Shown piece by piece: positions 36,601 through 50,300 of a stretch of DNA of 64,000 bases. Position 1 is the stretch's first letter; every line of letters starts with the position of its first letter. The stretch is from the NCBI GenBank assembly GCA_030704615.1, contig CM060733.1:16368001-16432000 (forward strand), read 5' to 3'. The notes below the pieces were generated by a model. That model saw nothing but the letters and a program-made list of their open reading frames with translations, was not told where the DNA came from and ran no database searches. The position numbers and the translations under genes are program-made. This DNA is from Takakia lepidozioides. Lineage: Eukaryota > Plantae > Bryophyta.

Positions 36601-38854
36601 CAACACTACAAGAAAACAAAGATCATTCCATCAGAGCAGCTGCCACCTCGAAGACTTCACACACACATGCACACACAAAGAATGTACTCATAAAATGTTG
36701 TTTGACGTAGCCTTCTAGCTATACAACCAGCAGCCACCTTGGCAGGAACAACAGGGATTAGACACTACCTCATGCGCATACAGAGAAAGACAGGAAGAAA
36801 CCATTTTCCCACCAGTGTGTGGATAGTCAGCCCAAAATTGCATTACTGCTGGTGCAAAGCCAACTAATCAAGTGTCAGGGTACTGAGTGTTACATGTACT
36901 GGCTGGAATGGGCAACACTACAAAAAAACGAAGATCATTCCACAGAGCAGCTGCCACCTCGAAGACTTCACAAACACACATGCACACACAAAGTATGAGG
37001 GAACAGACACTACCTCATGCACATAGAGAGGAAGACAGAAAGAAACTTTACATCATCCACAGGGCGCCAAGGGCCACAGGATAGAATGTACTCAGAAGAC
37101 GTCATTGCTGCAGCCTTGTGGCCGTACACCCCACACCCAGATTGGGCGGAACAAAGGGAGCAGACACTACTATTGTGAGGGGCTCACTCCACTAGTTGGA
37201 CTTACCGTGATATGGACAATTTGTTCCGGCTTTCCAAATTTCCTCTAGAAAGCTATTCACACAAGCATAGCACAAGCATCAGTCTGCTGTGTGTGGTCTG
37301 CCCAGCAGTTATACCCCCAAAAGGGCCAGGGCTTTAGGCTCAGCCTCGAGATTATGAGAGTTGGTGAACAGAGGTGCAGGGACCATGTTCTTGACACACC
37401 TAAAGAGGGTTGACACTATAAAAAATGGATACTGTCTTCATGACCGCACATCGGGGAATTGACAATCTCCTTTTCCTCTCTGCATCTGTTTAGAGGTAGA
37501 CTCCCCACCGTGACTGTAAATTTAAGACTAGTGCCCAGAGTATGTAGGCACTTCAGGTCATCCTTAAGGTCCTCAGCCATGTCACAGACTGGAGATTTTA
37601 TGCCTAACGTTGCTAAGGTGACTGTAAATTTAAGTCCAGTGCCCAGAGTATGTAGGCACTTCAGGTCATCCTTAAGGTCCTCGGCCATGTCACAGACTGG
37701 AGACTTTATGCCTAACGTTGTTAACCCCCACCCAGTTTGGGCAGAAGAAGAGGGAACAGACACTACCTTTGTGAGGGTCTCTCTCCAGTAGTGGGACTTA
37801 CCTTGATATAAGAAATTAAGGGCCACAAGGTAGACAGACAGACAGACAGAGAAAGAGACGGGGGGGGGGGTGGAGCGGCACATGCACCTGGGAATGCAGT
37901 GCCACCGCCACAACTCGTGGGCTGCACCGGACTGCATAAATTCCTGTCCGAAACCTCAACACATGCACATAAGCATGGTTCCGCAGCGAGTAGAACCGAA
38001 CAACTGTGGGAACCAGGTGGGGGGACCCTGCTCCTGGTGGGCTCCCAATTCCACCTGCACTGTACCCCCCTGGGAATCCTCCCGGGCTTGGACTTCCAGA
38101 GCCTGCAGTGTCCCCTGTGACAACCAAAAGCAGTGGACGTGCCCCCTTCAGCCCGCTCCCTCCATCAGGAGGCTCCTGTGTGACAGGCTTTGGCTGCAAA
38201 CGGAGAAACGCAACTGGACCATCCCGCCGAGAAACTAATTCGCGCACATTACTAGCCTCTTCAACGTCCCAAACTTGAAATCCATTTAAATATGTTAGTA
38301 ATAACACTTGGTGAATCTCCCCTGACCCCAGCTCTAGCCTGTCAAAATTCGCCCATAGCACCTGCAGATTTGGAAAAGAACAGCAAATTAGAGAAGATTT
38401 ATAGCTCAGCTAAGCCCTACTCCAAAGGCAAAAAGCACGACAAGGAATCTTGTCAGCTTAGGGCCCTCTTTTTCCAGAATTCTGCTGCACATTAAGCTTC
38501 TGTGGACATTCCATCAGCCAATATGCTCCAATTATGATAAACAAAAACTTGCGATCAGAATGATACATATGGCCATTTCCTTTTAAGAATCTCTCTCAAT
38601 AACGTCCAGCCTTCCTCAACATCCACAGCAAAAATAAATGGTAATCAAAGTACCTGCTCCCGCTGTCGATCATCTTCATTGAGCAACCCATTGGAGGATG
38701 AATTACCACCAGCCTGCCGCACTGTAGATGCAGCAATGTTACTGGCATTGGCAGACACACTCCGCAGGTAGCTGGAGATGGCACGGATTGAAGACGGGAA
38801 AAAACTACCTCTGCCCCCCCGGGGACTGCGTGCATGGAGGGCATCGTTCCTCAT
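30676..38854 (-). CDS. ATG18: Autophagy-related protein 18, f/g/h (BCAS3-type) clade. Exons approx. 38854-38654, 38361-37888, 35858-35403, 35213-34968, 34823-33969, 33806-33628, 33399-33191, ~32450-31418; last exon tentatively 30695-30676
   Basis: QVLWANFDRLE, GFQVWDVE, FRAHSSPLSALSFDPSGTLLVTAS, LYRG lipid-binding motif, WFMSNAEVQ, EIEKIP. The 3' exon structure is less certain. Confidence 0.9.
36496..36993. repeat. Intronic direct duplication of ~185 bp (36496-36680 and 36808-36993)
   Basis: Near-identical cccaaaattgcattactgctggtgcaaagccaactaatcaagtgtcagggtactgag...cacacaaag. Confidence 0.9.
37510..37720. repeat. Intronic tandem duplication of a 108-bp unit (2 copies)
   Basis: gtgactgtaaatttaag...cctaacgttg at 37510 and 37618. 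Confidence 0.92.
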
Positions 38855-41800
38855 CCCACTTACCTGCTGACTCTACTGGATTTGCAGCCCCCTTCTTTGC
38901 ATACGCTCCCACAGCCCTGGCAAAGTAACCCCACTTTTTTAAGTAGTTATTTTCAGGTCCTAAGAATGTTCCACTGGTATCTTCCTGATGCCTATCAACA
39001 ATGAAAGCAGGCCACTATGGTTTGACAGCTACGAAGGTAAGAATCAGGGACCGATCAGAAGTTGCAGGAAGCTGCATTTAATCTGGTACTGTGTTAAAAG
39101 CGTTTCTGCTCTGTACAAGATTTGAAGTAAAGTCTGAAGAGCATGTTCAAATGGATTCACCTCCCTTCAGTTGTTTTGTGAATTGTTTTGTAAGGCAACT
39201 AAATACCCCTCTATTTCCAACAGACCTGGGAAGCAAGAATTACCTTGCACTGGCTGACTAGATTCGAGGGGCCATTGCCTTCATCAGCAAGGCATTTCCC
39301 CCATGGCCATCAACCTCTCTTCACACCTGATTGTAGCCTGATGGCTACCCACCCCTGATTGGTGTGTGGGCCTCTTGAGTTTTCTACAACACCCATGCAA
39401 ATTGATTATATCCTGCAAACAAATTCCGACCCCTTCAGTGAACTTTCCGGTAAACATTTCATAATTCCCTAAAGAAGGATTGAGAAAATTGAAAAATCGT
39501 GCAATTGTGAGGGCCAAGACCAACGGAATAAATGAGATGCAAGCTCGCGGGGAGTGCAGCAGCAGCAGCAGAGACAGGAGCTGGGAAGGGCGCAGGAGGG
39601 AAGTGGAACTGTAAGTAACTGCTATGACCTATACAGGTTCCTGTGTACTTTCAATTATTCAATGCAAGTATTTAGCCGAGATGACCCAGATAGTTAGCCC
39701 TCAAGGGCGAAACCGTGCCTGGTCAGGGGAAGTCCGGAGTGAAAGTCAAGGAGCTGAACGATAAAGATGCCCGCCCCCTCAATTCAGAAGACAGCTTATC
39801 ACATGCTGGTGATTTTTTACCCCAGGAGACTGCCGTCGGCACAGGATGTCATAAGTCACCGAATCTAGAGACCCAATTGCATTAGGATTGGTCCGCCTAC
39901 CTCTCAAGTGATCAAGAACTGCACAGATTGGTAAGAAGAAAATTCTTACAGGGATAGTCATACTCTCCGCGTGCATCCGTATCGCAAAGACCTTCTCAAG
40001 GGTCGTGCAGACACAAAAGGACATCTTGCTCCAAAATCAATGAGGATAAATATAGCACAAGGAAAGCAGGATGCGGATGGGGACTAATTTCAACTCCCAT
40101 AGTGTCTGATTACAGTTTGAACGTGTGGATCTTGGAAGTGTGTTTCTAGAGCAATATTGGAGCGAATTGCCAGTGATTGTCGCAGAACATGAGATTTCCT
40201 CTGAGAAAATCTGCTATTATGGCTGACTACCATACCCTCACATGGCCAGCACCAACTTCCAGACATGCTAGCCGCGATGCCGGCAAAGCGGCCAAAAAGC
40301 AGGTTTGAGAATTACCCATGTTACACATCCAAAAAACTGATGTCAACATGCCAGAAATTTCAGCAATTATAATCTTCTCGCTTTAATCTCCTCAAAATCT
40401 CCACGCTGATATAACGTGCTCATGAAGGGATGATGAGAGAGACAAAAAACCCCACATGGGATTCTCAAGGAGGGTAAGGGGACGGTGGCTCACATGTTAG
40501 ATGCTAATGGAAAAACGCCTTGTCCACTGCCCTGAAATGGTCGAGATGAAACCGGCCTTGAAGCTTATGCAGTCGAGGTATAGAGCAGAGAAATAGGGCC
40601 AAAAACAGAGTAAAAACACAGAGTTGAGAAACCCCAATACCACACAAAGTCCAAAATCCAACAGGCGAGCCAAGCCAAGGCAGCAAGACAGAAAGACACC
40701 CCCAGGCTGCATCAAAATCTCAAAGAATGAGGAAGACGACCGTGTCATCATCCAACCCAGGCTGCAGCCTAGGAACCCTTCAATAGTTATTTACTAGGGT
40801 AGAACCCCCTGGATTTCATATCCAACCCCCGGTGAAATTCTAACCCAATCCCCGTTCGAAATCCCGGGGAACTGCGAACACGATTGCGTGGTGTGGAGTC
40901 CACGCGGCCTGTTCACACAGGCCGAAATTGAGACACCCCTCAAACAAGCAATAGCCAAGCGCCGTGTGGCACAAGTCTCATGCAGGTCGCTTCACCCACA
41001 ATCCGTGCCGCTGGTTTTAGTCCACCTTCTGTTTTTGGCACCTTCCTCCCTTCCCCTTTCTGTTAAGTTAGGGTTCCCCTCGCTTGCTGTCCCTCACAAG
41101 CCACCGTCTGCGTTTCATTATTCGAACTGTGGTGGGTTCATACTAAATTTATTGCTAGGGTTTTACCAGCACAGCATTCAAAGGCTGCACACTGGATATA
41201 CTGCGGTATCCACCCACTCTCAACTTACCCACCTTTTACTGTGGGCCTTTTCTCTGTTTCCTTTTCTTTGCAGCATAGATGAAATTCACTAATCATCCAT
41301 AACCGCATCCATCCATGGCCCACTTCCTTGTGTGGCAGAGTGACCCACCATTTGGGCACACCATATTTTGTTCACTCAACCGGAGTACATGTGTCAGCAC
41401 ATGGGAGGCTTTCTGCGAGACTAAACAGTTGCTTTATCCATTACGATGCCATGTTTGCCACGTGTTGTATGGCCATTGCAGAGACCTCATTCCAAAGTGT
41501 ATAACAGGGATGCTAGTTTATGAGTACACCTCGGGCTCCATTTGTTATTTGGTCCAAGGCTCGATTCCCAGTCAAGTCATTATCACACAGAATGATATTG
41601 TGATTCGATTTGATATACTGACAACATGGGGATAGATTGAGCATCATTGGTATATACTATATACTATATGATAACCCAAGTTAGTGCCGCCCAGCTGGTT
41701 CTGAGCTCAAATCTTGGGTATCGCATTTACGCACGTGATCCTTTATCGGTTTTTCCCTATTAAAAATATTAGAATAGTATTAAGTTTTAACAATAGAATT

Positions 41801-42497
41801 ACAGAATGTAAAACCGGGATTAATGACGCGGCTATCTTTACCGCTAAGATTGAAAAGTTTCATCGACAATTCACATCCAAAAGGATGAATGCTTACCGCA
41901 GCAGCGCGCCGTGCGCGCTGCGCACGTTTCTCCCTGACAGGCTACCGCTGGTACGTCCCCGTACCTGTTCGTTGACTGGCAGATCCGGTTCCACACGGCC
42001 TCAGCGATCGTGGATTCGATTCCGCATAGCTGCAATCGTAGGGCCTAGGCGGAGGTGAATAACTTAATATGTAAGATCCATCGTCAATCAATGCCCAGGC
42101 CGTCTTAATTAATAGAATGTTGAAGACCTAACATGGAGCAGCGGGAAACCGGGTGAGCCGGTGTCGTCTCTCCCGCCCAGAGCTCACACGTTCTCGAGGC
42201 TCTGCACGTCCGCTTTGCTCTTGGCTCTCAATTAATAAGAACGCAGACGCAAAAAGGATCGGTGGTGCGGAATCGGATGCCGCAGTCTGTGGAGAAATTT
42301 TTGAGATCAGCAGGAGCTGTGGAGTAGCGTTGCTTGCAGCGCGCCTGATGTTACTTACAAAAATTGGAACTTGAGGTTGCGAGTTCGTTCCAACTCGTAG
42401 ACGCTGGATCTGTTGTTGCGTGCGGCGAGGTGGAGGAGATTCGGTGGATGCTGGCACCGTGCGTCGATCAAGCGTTGAGGTGGCTTAATTCTGGAGG

Positions 42498-43502
42498 ATG
42501 TCGTACCAGGAGGATCAAAGCGAGGATTACCTGTTCAAGGTGGTGTTGATTGGGGACTCCGCTGTGGGGAAGTCGAATCTCCTTTCCCGATATGCACGCA
42601 ACGAGTTCAACAACAATTCTAAAGCAACCATTGGTGTTGAGTTTCAGACTCAGAGCATGGAGATCGACGGGAAAGAGATTAAGGCACAGATCTGGGACAC
42701 CGCTGGACAAGAGCGCTTCCGAGCGGTGACTTCAGCTTATTACAGGGGCGCTGTCGGTGCGCTTATTGTTTACGACATTAGTCGGCGCGCCACTTTTGAG
42801 AATGTAGGCCGCTGGCTGGAAGAACTCAAAGGTAAGCTGACCTTTCTAACAAGCGTGAAGTAGGAGTGGCAATATTAGGAGATTCTATTCTATGCATCAC
42901 AGGGAGCTGAGTTTGGATTAGAAAGAGTGAACGTACACTCCTTGAATGAGTTTTGGCCCCGATGCGATTGGGATCTAGCAAAAGTTTTGAATCGAGGACA
43001 GATTGGGGAGGGAGATGGAGGACACTCTTTTGCGAGTTAACTTCTTCTCTTGAAGATACACTTGCACTACTGCTCGACGAATACTAACTCGTAGTTACGG
43101 AAAGTAGCTCATTTGTCGGGCCTTTGCTGCGTACCGGCAGAAAACGAGCATACACTAAGGTGGAGCAACGATTTGGTGTTTGCAGTGCACTCGGACTCGA
43201 GCGTGGTCGTAATGCTTGTAGGAAACAAGTGTGATCTCGGCCATATAAGGGAGGTGACTGTGGAAGAGGCTACAGCTATTGCGGAATCACAAAATATGTC
43301 CTTCATAGAGACATCAGCCTTGGACTCTGTGAACGTGACCGATGCCTTTCAGACGGTTCTAAGGGAGATTTACCGAACCGTTAGCAGAAAGGTTCTTTCG
43401 TCTGATTCCGTGAAGGAGAACACAGTTTTGAGCAATGGTCAAAAATTGGCCGGCATTGATGTCGGCAACGCCACCAAGAGAGGTTGTTGCTCTGTTGCGT
43501 GA
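42498..43502 (+). CDS. RABA5: Rab11-family GTPase, RabA5-like; exons 42498-42831 and 43186-43502
   Basis: [31 protein letters not shown]-terminal CCSVA. The N-terminus [14 protein letters not shown] is RabA5-like; subclass less certain than family. Confidence 0.92.
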
Positions 43503-43965
43503 TAAGGCACGTACATAATTATTTTTGCCATTGCTGCGATGGAATCTGTGCCCGCAGTCCCCTTAACTCAGTGCAAGTAGGAAGATACCTTTAGAAACTT
43601 TTCATTCAGGTTTCAGAACTCGGTCATTTACTTTGAAGGCGCGGACAGGGACATAAGCTGGTGATTATTGGCAGTTGCAGGGATGCAACTCCAGGATACA
43701 ATATCCAAAAGGAGTGACATCCATTCTGTCTGTCCCAAATTGTTAAACTGAGGCACTTGTGCAAACATTAATGAGGATGCATTTGGATTCACTGGTAAAG
43801 ATTTGCACTAATGCCTCCCTCCTCTCTGGGAAGTGCAGAAGCTTACATGCTACTAACCTTGGAAATTTTTCTTTCATGCTTTGTTGGATCTTCAAGGGTG
43901 TATCTATGGCTTTCTGGGCTATGGCAGTTGGCTCTGGTTTGTTCAGGTTGCTGCAGAGAACTTTC

Positions 43966-46720
43966 TCAGATAAAGTACATGGCTCCCTTGATGCACTCAT
44001 TGATCACAGGCAAAGTGAGGGCAGGAGGTCTGCCATCATGAGTGGAGTGACTGTTGGAGGTACCACCACTGCCCCCACTGCCAATGGTGCTGGCCCGGCC
44101 ATTGGTTTGGAACCCTGATTCTGACCCCTCAGAATCGACCCACAGCTGAGCTCTTGCAGCTGCCAAGTGCGCATAGTAACAGGGGGGAACAGCCATCACA
44201 ACCCAGACCCACAACTCATTACAGACTCTACTCCTTCTCGGTGAAGGTCATCCTGAGCTTCTACACTGAATTTTCCATTTTTGTAGCTAGAGACAAGTGG
44301 GTAGTATTATTTTGTGGAGTTCACCTTGCAATTCAAGGATGAAAAATAGACAAACAGGCCTTCACTCTTCAACAAACCAGCCGGCCAAGATGCCTGCTCA
44401 CTAGAATACAAGGGTACCTCCTTCATAGTAGAAATGGCCCATCTTATGCTGGCAGGTCCAATCAGTCAGTGTAGACAAAGGAGATATTATAGGAAACATT
44501 TGAGGCATTTCAGCTGAACGTAGTCTCACCAATCGAGACGGATCGGGTGCACCGTGCATACCTGGAAATCAGGAACAATGCAACGACTGAACAACTGAAC
44601 TAGATCTCAAGAGACGGATGTCAAGTGAGGTTGATACTAAGAAGGTTGACATTGGACTTCGCAGAAATCACATGGGTGGTCACCTACCAAGGTAGTTGCC
44701 TTCTTGTCCATCTTTAGTTTTCCATGATGGTAGTGTGGGAAGGAAGGGGAACTTACATGAAGCAGAGGTCATATGGTAGGCCGTATTTCATCAGCTGTAG
44801 AACCATTCTCATCAGCCAGCACATGGTAGTGTGCTGGCTGGCTCGTACCCTGTCAATCCCTCCCAGGCCCTAGCCGGTCAGCAGTGAAGCTCCTGCGCAC
44901 CATACTTCTGTTATGGTAGAGCGTACCACAGAGTTTGCTAGCCAGTCAGCAGTGAAGCTCCTGCGCTTCATACTTCTGTTATGGTAGAGCATACCACAGG
45001 GTTTGAAATCTACCAAGGAGATTATGATTCCCACAAAGGACGAACGGGCGCAAGCATCCAAACATGTGGATGTTTCGTAATGCAGATTATAACAGTAGGT
45101 CCGACAAGTGTGAGACCTGTATCCCCATGTAGCTGCAGAGATAGAAGTTGAACTGTGTTGGGTGGCAAATGACCGAGTCCACCACTGTCCCTGAGTGTAC
45201 ACACAATGTTTATCAGCAAGTTGTGGCTTGAGAAGGGAAGAGTGTCAGAGGCCAATTGGTCCATAGCAAGAGCAAGAAAGAGAGATCTCACCTGGGGCAA
45301 TGTGCCACTCTTGGTGGTATGGGTTTGTTCATGCGCGGGGAAGAAACAGGTGTGATGGCATTTCTGCACCACAATGAAGGTAACCTTGGGCAGGCCCGAG
45401 TCCTCCTTGCAGACCCACTTCTGCGATGGCTCATCATCTGCAGGCTTTGAACCCCAACGCAGAGACTCACAAGCCTGCAAACCCCAGTGTATGTGTATGT
45501 GATTGTGATAGCATTCTCATCGAAGGGAAAGTGTACTTATTATTCTTTTGCTTGTTGTACCCTTCCATGCATAGACCTTTTGCCTACAGCAGAAAGGGAG
45601 AGAACAGGAAAGAAATTCATTACTTCTGGGAGGCCCACAAGGCTCATGAGTCAGTTAAACAAGGGGTTTAAACCACAAACAAAGAAAGAGGAAAGAAACT
45701 TTGTAATGGCCCAGGAAAGTAGGAAAAGACACCTTGAAACAGCAACTTATTCGAATGGGGAGGGTAGAGAAAGGAGTCTTAGTCAGAGGAGCTGCAAGTA
45801 GTTCTTGCATCAGGACTGTGCATAAGGAGGATTTACCCATTTCAAAGAGTCCATCACCTCCCACAATTGTGACTCAAATTGGCCATCACTGACACCATCC
45901 CTGTATAGATAGCCAGCTAGGCACTTGGCTGCCTAGTAGTTTTTTTGGGGCCATTTAGAAGTTAGGCACTTTCCAGGAAATTTTCTAAATTAGGCATCTT
46001 GGATTTATAAATTTTTAAAATTAGGCAACTAAAATAATGACCGTAAGACAAAAATATAAAAATTAAATGTTAACTCATTAGAGACGCGTTCCAATTGTGG
46101 AGGTGAAGGTAATCACACAAATATCCAAGATGCGTGAGTGGGTAGTTCTTGGGTTGTGGGAGGCTTGGTGTCATGTTTGATGTCATACAGAGATGATTGT
46201 GTCTAGTTGGGAACAATGTGGGCACTCTACGTGCATTTGAACATATGTTTAAATGAGAGGCTATGAGATCAGCTAACTTTGCAAGTGACTTGTTTACCAC
46301 CTCTGATGATGTCTAGAAAGAGATCTTGTTATGGAAGATGTCCTGGATATCTATCTTGATCTCAGTGTAGTTTATAGCATGAGTAGATGCATATTGAAGA
46401 CGAAGAGCTTCCTAACCTCAAAGATAGTTCAGAACCCAAAGGAGAGCTTTAGGGATACAAGGCAAACTATGATGATAGTTGAGTCAATGCAAAGACTAGA
46501 AGAAGCATCAAATAGTATGAAGTAGAAAGAAGAAGTAGAAAGAAGCTGGATATCATTTTAGTTGTTTTTTTTTTTCTAATTTAAACTCAAGTTTTACACC
46601 ATTAGACACTTTTGGGGAAATTTTTTTTTTTGAAAATTAGGCACTTTTTGAAGATAATTTCCTGAATTAGGCACTCTTGTCAATTTTATTAGGCCCTTGA
46701 TAGATATTTATTCTTGAAGA
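43966..46720 (-). pseudogene. AGO: Argonaute PIWI-domain 3' remnant with introns
   Basis: RDGVSDGQF (~45900), PKVTFIVVQKCHHTCFFP (~45380), [20 protein letters not shown] (~45180), GTSQPAHYHVLADEN (~44840), YARCTRSVSI (~44550), VPPCYYAHLAA..MYFI*. No PAZ or MID exons recognised upstream. Confidence 0.88.
45912..46699. mobile_element. Non-autonomous insertion (hAT-like) splitting an AGO exon
   Basis: atagata on both flanks; TAGGCAC/TAGGCA repeats clustered at both ends. AGO RI.IY and RDGVS lie on opposite sides. Confidence 0.5.
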
Positions 46721-47389
46721 ACTCTGGGGACAAGTCTCGGTGCAAGTTCCAGCTGTCAGAGCTCCTGCAAAGTACTCATAATCTGCAACACAATGATAGG
46801 ATTGAGATAGTGGTAGCCACCAAGAGCTAACTCTTGATATATATATATATACTTGGACTGTTTATGTGATATATAGATGTATTGTAGATGTGTTGGTTAG
46901 TGTGTAGTGTCTTAGAAATGTTATAACGTGGAGGTCATATGTTCAAGTATGCATTGCTTAATATATGTGCTTAACATTGGACAAAACCGGAGTCAATGGT
47001 CAATTAGTTTTTGAAATTCAAATTCAAAATTTTCCCACCTAAATTCAAATTTAGCCCCCTACACTGCAACGTCCAAGCGGAGCGGCGCATTAGTGCGCTG
47101 CGCCCCGCCGGCATTGCAGGATTTTATTTTATTTTATTTTTTCCCCTTCCGGATGCTCAGACGTCGCAATTCGCGTCGGCGTTGCAGGTCGCGGCCGGGG
47201 GATTTGCGATTCCCCGACGACGCTAATTAGCGACGTTCCGGGAGCGACGTCTCTGCGACTTCTCGACGTCGCAAAATGCTCCCGGCGGGCCCCGAACGCC
47301 TTAGAGTATTTCCGTCACTAATCGCGGCAGTTGGAGGTCGCTGGGGCATTGCTAAACCTCCCAAAACGCGGTCACCGCGGCTACCCACC

Positions 47390-50300
47390 ACAACAAGATG
47401 AACCATATACATATTTAGGCATACCCCCTCGCTCACATGGCACATACAGAAAACCACAACACTCTCCAAATTATCAAATAGAAGTTTGGTCCTCCTCAAA
47501 TCCCCAGTATCCATACGACCCAAACTCTCTCTCATACAATCTGTGCTTAAAACACAGATTCAATATGTCTTTCATGCAGCGCCCTTCTCCCTTCCGGACA
47601 TCAAACAACTTGACAAAAACTTCATTCAACTCACAAAACGTAGCTTTGGCCTCCCCACCAACACCCCAAATGCCCTTACCCAACTCCCAACGGATAGCTA
47701 TGGCATAGGCACTAGCCCACTAATTTACGCTCGTACCTTTGGCACACAACTCCAAGTGGTCCTTAACGATCCAGGACGGCTAGGTCTAATTTATAGAGGA
47801 CTTCTCAAATTCCTTGCTTCAAAATACAATGGACTTTATTCCCTTCTATCTCTTCACCCACAAGCATGCCTCCACTCCCCGAACATTGTTTGTCCTGCGG
47901 CAAATGAAAATTAGCATACAAACCGATCTCCCTGGCTACCCTAATACCATCCCACCCCTCGAACAAGCTTGGTTTCGTAGCCCCTATCTTCCTCAATTCG
48001 AGATCCTGCACCCCCGCCAGAGAAAGCCCATTCTCACCTACTTTAAAGAGAGGCACATAACCAAACTATCCCAACTTATCATAGCCACCAGTAACAAGCT
48101 ACTTACTCCTATTGAATTCACCCTCAAATACTCTAGAACTGCTATCAAAACACACTGATACCTATACCACTTGCGCTCATTATTTTGTCATCCTTCCGCA
48201 TCCTGCACTCTTGATTGCGACTTCCCACACGCACTCTTTCCACATAACAAACAAGATCTCCTCCCTCAATATAGAACAGCCCCAGCTGCCTCTATTCTCC
48301 ATATGCTCAAAAAATCTCAAGATAACCTCAATATTACAACTACTACCATCTCCCCCTCTTTCTCATCTCTCCAGCCAACCCACACCCATGAAGCAGATTA
48401 AACCGCCGTCACCTACATCCTCTGATTTGATCCCTAGGTACCACACCTCTACCCCACCAACCACTACCCCATACACCGCAGATCACCAATCATCCCCCTT
48501 GACGCTTACTCCCCATCCAATAAACCAAGACAACCTTGAGGCCTTCATTATCGAAGCTATCTTAGGTATCAAAACTCAAATCTCTATTGACGCATTTGGT
48601 TTGAACACATACTACCTGTGCAAATGGGATGGCTACTCGATGGATGACAATACACGGCAAATCAAAGACGACCTCTTCGGAACTCATGATGACTGTGATC
48701 CAGCCCATAACCTTGCCCTACTTACCATATTTCACAAAACAACCAACACCAACTATCTGGCTCACACCGACCAGCATTATATCTCCCAAACCGAGTCGAT
48801 AGATGCCCGCTATATTCACAACCCATTAGCTGCCCCGGATGTCCATATATGCATCACAGACTGCAACCCAGACAAAAACATCTTACATGACTCCCCATTA
48901 ATACATCCCGACCGCCACTGGTCCAACATCTTTGCCCAACACGGTAAATACCTAGGACAAATTCCCAACAACAGACTGACTTGGCTATGGCACAGATATT
49001 CTGCTTCTTCCTCTTCCACAAGCCAGCTGCAGCCACCTAGGCAAGACTTTGCTACAGAAATCTGTTGGCTTATCGACCGCTACCTACGTAATACCCCCCC
49101 AAAAAAATCTTGCACTTCTCTCAAACTAACACAAGCCTATACACACAACACCATCCCTGCTGACATTTTCACACTCCTCGTCTCCTCATTCCAACTCACG
49201 CACTCATATTGTTTTAGCCCGCTTACTTGCCTATGGAGTTCTCTTCATACTCAAGCCCTCACCCTTGGGACATCATCTTTGGAGCCCTTGGATTTGCCCC
49301 TCAACATACCTGGACTGGCATGGGACTTGCTCACCTGCCCCCAGGTCTCCTTGCACAAAAAGCTCGTCAATGGGCTTGTACTGCGGCTCATTCCTCTCCA
49401 TCTATCATTACCATCCTCTTACTCTCGCAACAAAAGCTATTAGACCCCAAACACCCTCTTTTTCAACTCCCCACGGGGTTCACACCCCTCGTTGTCATTG
49501 AACCAAACCAACTCCAATACATACATGCCCCCCCCTTTCCCAAATATGTCAAACACCTGGAACCCACCTTGACCCTAATATTGCATGTTCAAAACACCTT
49601 CCCTGCCGACATACCCCAGAATTTCCCCGCCTTACTTAAACGCCTATTAACAAATACATGCGGCATGAAGGTTACTACCTACCCAAACCTCCCCCCTTGC
49701 CTTACTACTCCTAGCTTAATCCCCAGGATTAACCCATGCAAAGCCTGGACAAAGGCACTACCACGCCCTCCCACCCCTAACTTACATGTCGCTCTTGGTG
49801 CCCCCATGTTGTGCCAACAGCTTATACCCCCTAAATACCCCCCAGTCAACTCCCACTATACCGATGGGTCCCTCACTGACTCCCGTGGTTGGTTATGGCA
49901 TATTCCATGCCACCACCAACCGAGGAGTTGTCCTTAGACTCCTCGGCCCTGCCACTATCTTGCGTGCTGAGCTTATGGCCATCTATGAAGCTCTCTCCCA
50001 GTTAGCTACCTTTCCCCCCTCACTACTACAATTTTACGGACAGTCTGACCTCCATCTTTCTCATTCGCAACCACCTTTCCCGACCCTCTTCCCACCATAA
50101 CCACCCGGACCGGAATCTCATTGATGCCATTGTCAATCTCGCCATCTCCATAAACCGCCCTATCTAACTTCTCAAAGTCCGATCGCATATTGGTATTACC
50201 GGCAATGAGGCAGCCGACCTCCTTGCCCATTAAGGGGCCGCCGGCCCCCCAGTTGATACGTCGGATCTCATCCACATTGCACATACCCACCCATTCTGGC

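Noticed and set aside
37416-37937. 173-aa ORF with an internal repeat
   Set aside because: It is the 108-bp tandem duplication inside an ATG18 intron, not an independent gene.
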